DNA of 63,898 nt, filler included, from Reclinomonas americana ATCC 50394 (taxonomy: Eukaryota): the NCBI GenBank assembly GCA_048213135.1. It is 24 parts of 24 records of this genome, joined end to end, with 100 filler letters (N's around TTAATTAATTAA, not from the genome) between each part and the next. Parts side by side here need not be neighbours in the genome. Positions count along the whole stretch, not along the records: positions 52,658 to 54,323 come from AFZH01021390.1; positions 54,424 to 55,666 come from AFZH01021391.1; positions 55,767 to 57,808 come from AFZH01021392.1; positions 57,909 to 59,453 come from AFZH01021394.1; positions 59,554 to 61,830 come from AFZH01021397.1; positions 61,931 to 63,898 come from AFZH01021399.1; 18 more parts are not named here. One strand, given 5' to 3'. Both the position numbers and the translations under genes were made by a program. The notes under the pieces were generated by a model that worked only from the letters and a program-made list of their open reading frames with translations, made no database searches and was not told where the DNA came from. Numbering within the stretch: the stretch's first letter is position 1; each line of letters opens with the position of its first letter. Below are positions 53,819-63,898 of this stretch, in pieces.

Positions 53819-55881
53819 CTACAACCCGGCGGGGAAGTTGGCCACCGACACCACCGGAATATTGACAGGTGCACCGGCCTGCGTGTAGTTGATCTTGACG
53901 CGCAGTGCCAGGCCCTTGGAGCCCTGCTGAGTGTTGGTCAACACAAAGTCCTGCGTCACCACACCGTTCGGCTCGATGCGACTTGACGACGGTGGCAGGA
54001 GCTTGAGTAGAAGGTACTGCGGGTGGGGAAAGGTGGGTGAGTGGAAAAGGGAGAAGGGAATAGGGGACAGGAGAGGAGAGAGAACAAAGGGCAAGATGGA
54101 GAAGCCAGACAGGTGCGAATACCTTTCACAAAGCATCTCTGCCTTTTCGCTCACGCTCACGCTCTCACTCTCGCTCCCGCTCTCACTCTCTCTCTCTCAC
54201 TTTCGCTCTCGCTCACGCTTTCACTCTCGCTCTCGCTCACGCTTTCACTCTCGCTCTCGCTCACGCTTTCACTCTCGCTCTCGCTCACGCTCTCACTCTC
54301 GCTCACGCTCCCGCTCTCACTCTNNNNNNNNNNNNNNNNNNNNNNNNNNNNNNNNNNNNNNNNNNNNTTAATTAATTAANNNNNNNNNNNNNNNNNNNNN
54401 NNNNNNNNNNNNNNNNNNNNNNNTCACGCTCACGCTCTCACTCTCGCTCACGCTCACGCTCTCACTCTCGCTCACGCTCACGCTCTCACTCTCGCTCACG
54501 CTCTCACTCGCTCTCACTCTCGAAACATCCTCATTCCTGTCTCCCCCTCCCCCTCCCCTGCATCCCTATCTCCTGACCTTCGGCACCGCGACCTGGAACA
54601 CAAAGTCGTCCATCGCCACCGGAGTGTTGTTGCGGTACGTGGCATGAATCGTCGTCTGCGACGCATCCATGGCGTTCTTGGAGAAGCCAAAGTGCACGAC
54701 GAGGCCATTCTCGTTGAAGGCCTCGATGGGAGAGTAGGAGTTGCCAAAGGAGGCGGCTGTGGGAGGGGAAGGGAGGGGCGTGGTGAGAATGCCGTACAAG
54801 CACGAAGAGATTTACATGCACAATCACACGGCGAAAGAGATTGAGCAAGTGATGCATACGGAACACACAAACTCGCAATGAAAAGAGTGAGGAACACACA
54901 ACCGAACACCGAGGAAGAGATACAGACAGATGAACACACGAAAGCACCGCCAGAGAGATAGTGAGATGCAGATAGAATAAAAGAACAAACGGAAAGATAG
55001 AAAACACACACAAGAATACAACGCACACCATCCCGCCAGAGTCAACCCTCCCCGTTCTCTATCATACACACAAGCGCACATTTCACATCCCATCCACAGA
55101 CACCCCTCCTCCCTTCCTTCCTACTTCACCCTTTCCCTCCTACCCTCCTCTCTCTCTCCCCCAACTCACCCGACACTGGTGGCGGCGCCGGTGGCTGCGG
55201 CGAACCAAACACCCCACCCATCCCCGGCGGCGGCAGAGTCTGCGGGAACATGGGCATTGGCGGCGGGTGCATGACCATGCCTACTGGTGGGCTCGGCATC
55301 ACGGGCATCATGTTCATTGGCGGCTGCATCGGCGGTGGTGATGGTTGCACTGGCGGCGGCATGGGGCGCTGTGGCGACACGGGGGCAGCAGCCGGCGCCG
55401 CGGGAATGGTCGGAGCGCCGCCCAGCCCAAAGATGGCTTGCATGAAATCTGCGCAGGGTCAAATGAGTGACACGCACCTCACAGCACGCACATGAGTCAC
55501 TCAAACCTTGTGGCGGGGCCGTTACTCCCGATGGGCCAGCATCCGAGGCGACACGCGCACCGCCGGAACCACTCGCGGCAGAGGCAGGAGCCGGTGCAAA
55601 GACGTCGTCGAAGATGTTCAGAGGCTTCACCACCTGCGGGAAGAAGGGAAAGGGTGAGAACGGGAGNNNNNNNNNNNNNNNNNNNNNNNNNNNNNNNNNN
55701 NNNNNNNNNNTTAATTAATTAANNNNNNNNNNNNNNNNNNNNNNNNNNNNNNNNNNNNNNNNNNNNGGAGTCGCGTCGACGTTACGTTACGTCGTCGCGA
55801 CGTACGTAGTTACGTCGTCGCGTACGACGACGAGAGAGGAGGAGGACGACGAGACGAACTAACAACCAACCACGACGACTA

Positions 55882-55965
<84 letters not shown>

Positions 55966-58590
55966 GGCATGTAGAAAGTCGAGAGATATCGAAGAGAAAG
56001 TAAAGCAATCATCACTCTTTCCTTCTCTTTCGCACCTATAGACAGAAGAAGAAAGAGAGCACAAAACGAGAGCGAAACGTACAAGACAGTCTTTATCATT
56101 CTCACCCCACATGTTGAAGAGAGAGACAAGACAAAAAGCAGCAAATGCAGGTTACTGATCGCGCTCAACTGCCATCTCCTCTCACTCATGAGACACATAA
56201 ACATAAAAAGACACCGGCTATCTCTTATTCTCTCTCCCTCTCTCCGACACACAGAAGACAATCCCAACTGCTGAGCACAGTACCAATCTGTCTCATTTGT
56301 ACACCCCCTTTTCATTTCTCTGTTACCCTCATTCAGTCACTCTTTCACGCTCATTGACATTTGTTCCTCTCAGTTCATCTCTCCCTCACCCCCTCCTTCT
56401 CCCTCCACCAACCCCCACGCAACTCCTCACACGACTTGAATCGATCGACCAACTTCACCAACGCCGTCAACACGTACTGCTTGGTGATTTGCGAGCAGTC
56501 GCCTCTTCGCAGGAAGTTGGTCAGCAGGTCGACCACCATGTCCTCGAGGATCTGAAAGGGGAGAACACATTCAATATCAACGTAAACCGTGCAACGGAAT
56601 TCAGCAATGCGAACGCCAGCACAAGAGCACTCTCCATATCTCTTTCAATCACACAACTGCACACACACTCCCTTTCTCGCTCTCTCATGCACACTCTGTC
56701 GCACACAAACACACATACTCGCTCTCTCTCCTTCACACACTTTTTCTCACTCGCGCGCACTCTCTCTCTCTCTTTCTCTCTCACAATCACACACGCACAT
56801 ATGCACAGTCAAACCTGCCTGTGCTTCAACTCTTTTCTATTCTCAGTCGCTCTCACAAACAAGCACACACACTCTCACGAACACACCCTCTCTTCCCTTC
56901 TCCCTTTACTCCCTCTCTCTCACACACTCTCTCACACACTAACACACCCGCACACATACAGAATCAAACCCACGTTCTACCGCAGCCCATTCTCCCTCGC
57001 GCGCACGCGCGCACGTGCTCTCACACACACGCACACACTCTTCTTCACTCTCTTACCCAACCAATACTGTGCTTTTCATTCTTGCTCTCCCTCACACTTC
57101 CTATCTCTTGAAAACAGCACTGAGTATGCCTACAAGCTCTCGCGCTCTCACACTCTCTCTCTCTCACACACACGCACACACATTTCTTCACTCTCTTACC
57201 CAACCAATACTGTGCTTCTCATTCTTGCTCTCCCTCACACTCCCTATATCTTGAAAACAACAATGAGTATGCCTACAAGCTCTCGCGCTATCACACTCTC
57301 TCAGTCAACCCCAACAAGATTTTCAACAATTCTGTTGCTGCCTATTCGCTCTGTGTCCTTCTCCCTTTCTCTCACACACTCTTCACCCACCTCCTCCACC
57401 CTTCCCCCTTTACCCCTTCCCCTCCCACTCACCTCCCCCCCGCCACCAACTGATCGCCATACTCGCCAATGCACCACGAGGCCACCTGCACCAGAGTCTC
57501 CTGCCGCGCATGCTCCATCACCGCCACGTACAGCTCGCGCACGGCGTACTGCTGCAGCTCGGGCGAGCGGGTGATGAGCGAGATGAGATTGGAGACGGCG
57601 TCCTCGCGCACAAAGGTGCCGGCGAGGCCGAGCACTTGGATCATGGTGTCGATTTGCCACTGCGCGTTGGGCGAGTACCTGCGGGCGGCGAGAAAGGTCA
57701 AAAAAAGAGGACGGGTGATGATGGTCGCGGGAAAAAGCGACGCAACTTCTCCACCACCTGGCAAATGCGTGCCGTCAAATCCTCCTTGAACTCAATGTCG
57801 GAGACGATNNNNNNNNNNNNNNNNNNNNNNNNNNNNNNNNNNNNNNNNNNNNTTAATTAATTAANNNNNNNNNNNNNNNNNNNNNNNNNNNNNNNNNNNN
57901 NNNNNNNNGGAAGGAGAGGGGAAGGAGAGGGGAAGGAGAGGGGAAGGAGAGGGGAAGGAAACGGGAAGGAACGGGGAAGGAAAAGGGGCATGAACAGGGG
58001 GAAGAAACAAGCGATAGGAACGGGGGGAAGGAACGGGGAGATGGAAGAGGGGGAAGGAAAAGAGGAAGGAAGCGAGAAAGCAACGGGGGAACGAGAAGGG
58101 GGGAGGAGAGCGTGAAGGGAAAGGACGCACGGGAAGGGGAAGGGCAGCAGAGGTAGATTCCAAGGCGGATGGAGACGTGGACGCAAGGCACAAATGGAGG
58201 AAACGGAGGCGCACGAACGAGGAGATTGTCAGAGGAATAGACACGAGAGAAAGGCCTGGAGACAACACAGTTGATCAGGGTGGACGAAATCGGGAGTGTC
58301 CCTCGCTAGACGCAACTTCTTCAACGAATTCTGCACCAACATCAGCACTTCCTGATTCTCATCCAGCAACACTGTCAACGCCAGATATCCAATTCGCTTC
58401 TCCGGGAACTTGGGCGACGAGATCAATCGCACGCACTCCATCTGACCGAACTGTTCCACGAAATAAATCGAGTGTGAGCGGACCTCAAATTCGTTCAACT
58501 CGAGTCGCAATCAACGTGCCTGTGTCTGGTAGCCCAACATGTGAATGTAGATGAGCTTGGCCACGTTGCGCGCGCGATATGGGTTGGTTT
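53819..58590 (-). CDS. AP1G1: AP-1 complex gamma subunit (gamma-adaptin), multi-exon, exons missing in gaps
   Basis: [73 protein letters not shown]...WCIGEYGD; KQYVLTALVKL; Pro-rich hinge; ear domain FVFQVAVPKYLLLKLLPPSS...LRVKINY...NFPAGL-stop. Confidence 0.96.
54148..54520. repeat. Intronic 6/12/24-bp tandem repeat (tcacgc/tctcgc/tcactc)
   Basis: Direct periodicity inside the last AP1G1 intron, spanning a gap. Confidence 0.85.
57043..57302. repeat. Intronic ~143-bp direct duplication
   Basis: cttcactctcttacccaaccaatactgtgc...gagtatgcctacaagctctcgcgct occurs at ~57043 and ~57186. Confidence 0.85.
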
Positions 58591-58940
58591 CCTGAAGAAT
58601 CGAGGTGAGTGAGCAGCCAGGGGAGGGGAGGGGAGGGAAGGACGGGGAAGGAGAGGGGAGGAGAGGGGAGGAGAGAGAAGGAGAGGGAAGGAGAGGGAAG
58701 GAGAGGGAAGGAGAGCAAGAACGCTAGTATGCAACTGCTGATTCTCATGAGAGAAAAGAGCAGGTTGAGATGGTGCACGAGGGGCAGAGAGGCAACAAGA
58801 TGCGGCAGTACGTGACAACAAGGACCAGAAAGCGACGAGGCGCGAGGAACAGATGACACCGAAGAACGACTGCGCGAGATTAAAGACAACGAGAAGTGCC
58901 TATAGGAGAGCACAAAGAAGTGTGCACGTGAGTCACAGAA

Positions 58941-58973
<33 letters not shown>

Positions 58974-59402
58974 AGCGAGCACGAGTGATCAAGCGCGAGA
59001 GAATGTGTGTGTCTGTTTGAGAGAGAAACAATCAAGTATGACAACGAGGTGCGGCTCTCTGAGCGAAAGCAAGAAGCAGGCAGCTCAGTGAGGCCAAGTA
59101 CGTGAACACGATGGATTAAAGACAACGAGAAGTGTCTGTCGGAGAGAACACAGAAGTGTGCACGTGAGTCACAGAAAGAGAACGAGAGAGAGGGAGAGAG
59201 GCGAGCAGGAGTAATCAAGCGCGAAGGACAGAGTGCCAAGAAGAGAGAAGGTGTGCGCGTATGTGTGTGAGAAGGGCAAAGTGGCGATGAAGAATGTCTC
59301 AGTGAGTGACTGCAGGAACAGGTACAATTAGAAGTGCGTGAGCGCAATAGGTTGCGCTTGTCGGAGAGCACAAGGAGTGCATGTGAGTCACCTACACAAA
59401 TA

Positions 59403-59453
<51 letters not shown>

Positions 59454-59553
59454 NNNNNNNNNNNNNNNNNNNNNNNNNNNNNNNNNNNNNNNNNNNNTTA
59501 ATTAATTAANNNNNNNNNNNNNNNNNNNNNNNNNNNNNNNNNNNNNNNNNNNN

Positions 59554-61830
59554 AGCGTGCGACTTGGACGGCCCAGCCAAGGCTCTTGCCGAATGAGTCC
59601 ACGACTGCGGACGACGGACTGCCAGCTCCTGACGAAGGAATGCCACACTCCATACATGCGAAATCAAACAGAATGCGCTGATGATGCAAGACTGCGGATG
59701 TCTTCACAATGGGCGCCATGATGCCGAATGCCGTCACCAGTATCCTCTTCTTGTTGCACCGCTGTTCGCACAGACAAACACACGCGCCAGGTGTTATGAT
59801 AGGCAGGTACAAGGCAGACTCAATCAATCTGCCTTGCTGAGGACACACACACGCAACAACCAGTCTGTCCAACACCATTCGCTCATCCTTGCTTAAATCC
59901 GCATCGACTACAGGGCGACCATCCTTGCCGCGCTGCAATGCATACACCAAGCAATATCGACAATCAACACCTGCCACACCAACCATCCAAAAACATCGGG
60001 CATCGCCGTACCTTTCTCGTTTTAGATTCTTTGTCACCATCGCCATCTGCAACGACCTGAAATATAGGCATCAAGATCTCAATACTTGACAGACAGAGTC
60101 CATGAAGACACACACATTGACACACAGCCTCGGAAAGATTCGTACTCTTGCTGCGTACCTTGGTGTCATCGTCGTCAAGCTTGATGTCATCTTCTTCTTG
60201 CTCCTCTTCCTCCTCCTCCTCCTTGTCCACCACCTTCGCATCACCAGATTCTGCGTGATGTTGGTCAACACCAACACCAGCAACACCAACAGCGGTATGA
60301 GAATACAGACCTTTCGATCGGCACCACGTGACGGCACGTGCTATCTCGGCCTCAGTGAGGTGATTGTTTCGAAGCAGAGCAGTCATGAGACCGTCGCAAT
60401 GGCGCAATGCATCCATGGCCTGCTTGACAAAGCGCTGAAGATGGACTTTTTTGGCCTTGTGTTGAGGAGGCAGTGTCTCCCACGATCCCTGTCACACACA
60501 ACAGATATTAGCGAAGTTCGCCGAGATGACCAACAAACACAGAAGATCATTGAAAACAAACTCACCTCCGAATATCCGCGCTCATTCACCACAATCAGTG
60601 GTCTCTCAATCGCATCCACCAGAGCCGCGCCACTGAGCTGGCTCACCTGTACATTGCAATCATCTGCATGTTGGGTTCACATGTCATGGTCGTCACAGCC
60701 GCACATGCTTGCTCACCTCAATGTAGTTGCTCACACGCTGAAGCACACCCTCTACTGACTTGGGCGTTGACTGGCGTGAATGACAGGCGTTCTCGCCAAG
60801 TCTCTTGCCAAATGCACACTTGACTGCAGACGACGCGCGACCCGGCTCCGACAATGGAACCCCGCCGTTATCACAGGCAATCTCAAAGAGATCACTCTGA
60901 TGGTGGACGACGGTGGACGCATGAACAATGGGTGCCATGAGGCCGAATGCCTTCACCAGCACTCTCCTCCGATTGCACCGCTGCCAGAGACACAGTAAGA
61001 ATAGTGAGTGCATCGAGGAGGGAGAAGGAGCAAGATGAATTGCAATGAGGAAAGAGAGCATGGCACACGCAACAAGCAGCTTGTTCAGCAACAGCCTCTC
61101 GTCTATGCTCAACTCCTCTGGCTTCTTCGCAGCTTGACCCTTGCCACGCTGTGCATCCACAACAAGCATGATTGACACATGGAACCCAACTGCAGATTGA
61201 TGCACAAGCAGAACCATGACAATGACAGAGAATCCAAACCTTCTTTTTCTTTGGCGGTGCAAGCTCATCATCACTGGATGCATTCGCCTGCTGAGAATGA
61301 AGGAAACATCAGGTGTCAAGCAAGCGAGAGGCAAAGTCAGACGCGTGCCACATCGGAGCTCACCTCCAGAGAACGCTTGCGGGATGATGTCTCAACTGAG
61401 TCATGTGCAAGCAAGTCCTCGCTGTGATCCGCCTGAGACGAGTCGACTCGCCGTCTCCTCGCGCGTTGCTGCACAAGCATGCCAAGAGAGAGAGAGAGAG
61501 GGAGAGAGTTCAGTGAGAGGCATGCTCATCTTGGGACGACACACAAGTCACAGTACCTCGACGATGCCTTCCATCGCTGTCTGTTCCATGACTTCCTGGT
61601 GAGCAACTGTGCGCATGCACCGCCCAGGTGAGACATCACGTGACGCCAGGACACCAATGACAGCAAGAGAGAGGGAGGGAGAGAGAGACGCACCCTGCTC
61701 AGCGTCACTTCCCGCAGCGGCAATGGCGGCTGTGCTCTCGTCACCGTGCGTCTTCTTCTTCTTGTCCTTTAAGAAGACAGCTGGCTCTGCAACAGGGAAT
61801 CAAACAACGACAATCCACGACGAGGAAGAA
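59554..61830 (-). CDS. Tandem-domain protein, paralog C (partial: N-terminal exons, unit 1, start of unit 2)
   Basis: PPKKKK ~61240-61257; RCNRRRVLVKAFGLMAPIV...HHQ...ACDNGG...FGKRLG...PKSVEGVL; LVDAIERPLIVVNERGYSE; EAEIARAVTWC; second unit truncated by a gap. Confidence 0.85.
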
Positions 61831-61930
61831 NNNNNNNNNNNNNNNNNNNNNNNNNNNNNNNNNNNNNNNNNNNNTTAATTAATTAANNNNNNNNNNNNNN
61901 NNNNNNNNNNNNNNNNNNNNNNNNNNNNNN

Positions 61931-61935
61931 ACCGA

Positions 61936-61989
<54 letters not shown>

Positions 61990-63898
61990 CAAAAAAAAAC
62001 AACACACACACACACATCGGCATCGTCGCACCTTTCTCGTTTTTGATTCTTTGCCACCATCGCCATCTGCAACGACCTGTGAAGACTGAAATATAGGCAT
62101 GATCTCAATACTTGACAGACAGAGTCCATGAAGACACACAGCCTCGGAAAGATTCGTACTCTTGCTGCGTACCTTGGTGTCATCGTCGTCAAGCTTGATG
62201 TCATCATCCTCTTCCTCCTCCTCCTCCTTGTCCACCAACTTCACATCGCCATATTCTGCGTGATGTTGGTCAATACGAGTGCAAGCAATAGCACCAGTCG
62301 CATGAGAATACAGACCTTTTGCATGGCACCACGTGACGGCGCGTGCAATCTCTGCTTCCGAGAGGTGATTGTCTCGAAGCAGAGAAGCCATGAGACCATC
62401 ACACTCGCGCATCACATTTATGGCCTGTTTGACAAACGGCTGAAGATGATCTTTCTTGTTTTTAAATTCTGTTGGCAATCTCTCCCACGATTCCTGGCAC
62501 ATACAAGCCGAGTGAACGAAAGTCAGTCGACATAATCACAACAGACACAGAAGATCTGGCAAAACAAACGCACTTCCGAATACCCGTGCTCATCCACCAC
62601 AATCTGTGGTCTCTCAGCAGCATCCACCAGAGCGTCGCCAGAGAGCTGGCTCATCTACAGATTGCAATCATCTGCATGTTGGGTTCACATGCCACGGTCG
62701 TTCATACGCACACATGCTTGCTCACCTCGATGTACCTGCTCACGCTCTGCAGCACACCCTCCACTGATTTTGGCGTTTTGGCGCGTGCAGTATTGGCAGT
62801 AGCGCCAAGCTTCTTGCCAAATGCACACTTGACTGCAGACGACTCTCGACCCGGCTCCGACAAAGGAATCCCGCAGTCGTCACAGGCCATCTCGAAGACA
62901 ACGCTCTGATGGTGGACGACTGTGTATCCGTGAATAATCGATGCCATCAGGCCAAATGCCTTCACCAGAATCCTCTTCCGATTGCATCGCTGCGAGTGAC
63001 ACACGAAGAATGGTGAATGCGACGAGGAGAAGGAGGAGAGAGCTGGGTTGCAATGATGACAGAGTGACAAGCACACGAAACGAGCAGCTTGTTCAGCAAC
63101 AGCTCCTCGTCTGCGCTCAACTCCTCGGGCTTCTTCGCAGCTCGAGTCTTGCCACGCTGTGAATTTACAACATGCGTGTTTGACAAAAGAAAAGTACCCA
63201 AATGCAGATCGATGAACAAGCACAACAATGTCAGCAGCAGAGAATCTAAACCTTCTTCTTCTTCTTTGGCGGCGCAAGCTCATCGTCGCTGGATGCATCC
63301 ACCTGCAGATAATGAAGAAACCATCAGTTGTCGACTGCTATCACAGGCAAAGTGAGAAGTACGCCTCATCAGAACTCACCTCCAGAGAACGCTTGCGAAT
63401 CGATGTCTCATCTGAGCCACGTGCAAGCAAGTCCTCGCTGTCATCCACCAGAGACGAGTCGACTCGCCGTCTCCTCGCGCGTTGCTGTGCAATCATGCCA
63501 TGAGCGAGAGAGAGAAAAGTGAGAGACTTGCTCATCATGACACACATCAACTGTACCTCGACGATGCCTTCCATCGCTGTGAGTTCCATGTGCTCCTGGT
63601 GAGTAGCTGTGTTGCATGCACCGCTCAGGTGAGACATTACGTGACGCGAGAATACCAAAGACAGCAAGAGAGAGAGACGCACTCTGCTCAGTGCGATTCT
63701 CCACGCCACTTCTCGCAGCGGCAATGGCGGCTGTGCTCTCGTCGGTGTGCTTCTTCTCCTTCTTGTCTTTCACGAGGCCAGCTGTATCTGCAACACGGAA
63801 TGAAACAACGACAATCCATGAGGAGAAAAGAAGAAGAAGAAGAAGAAGAACAAGAAGAAGAAGATGATGATGATGATGAAGAAGAAGAAGAAGAAGAA
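61931..63898 (-). CDS. Tandem-domain protein, paralog D (partial: N-terminal exons and unit 1)
   Basis: PPKKKKK ~63252-63272; RCNRKRILVKAFGLMASII...HHQ...ACDDCG...FGKKLG...PKSVEGVL; EAEIARAVTWC; exon-intron layout collinear with A, B and C. Confidence 0.85.

Noticed and set aside
53931..54371. RS-repeat ORF suggesting an SR protein
   Set aside because: Antisense translation of an intronic tandem repeat in AP1G1; no RRM.
55767..55885. CG/TACG-rich palindromic stretches at contig ends (also 15660-15757 and 18860-18919)
   Set aside because: They occur only next to gaps after microsatellites and look like pyrosequencing flow-order noise.

Overview
Intron-rich, microsatellite-rich eukaryotic (probably protist) genomic scaffold. 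It is broken by 23 artificial 100-nt gaps (N-run/TTAATTAATTAA/N-run), and several genes run across them. Recognisable spliced genes: class I cyclic-nucleotide phosphodiesterase, CCZ1, beta-amylase, TMEM260/DUF2723, two paralogous MFS-like transporters, a ferric reductase/NOX-family C-terminus, UTP15, AP-1 gamma-adaptin, a WD40 fragment and tRNA-Glu(CTC). The main unexplained system is a family of four paralogous minus-strand genes (about 30-36, 38.4-43.5, 59.6-61.8 and 61.9-63.9 kb). They are built from tandem ~1-kb, 5-exon cassettes, each encoding an unrecognised ~185-aa domain (C, HHQ, CxxCG, FGKxL, PKSVEGVL, PLIVVDERG motifs) joined by acidic linkers, behind a PPKKKK NLS-like motif. Cassette number differs between paralogs through a chimeric unit. 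Other notable features: a very frequent GTTGCG splice donor, GC-AG introns, introns with purine-rich 5' and pyrimidine-rich 3' ends, 14 of 15 protein genes on one strand, a dispersed hairpin + Sm-site-like element lying upstream of genes, and a tandem pseudo-receiver-like protein next to the PDE. All gene models were spliced by eye; family calls rest on remembered motifs, not database searches.
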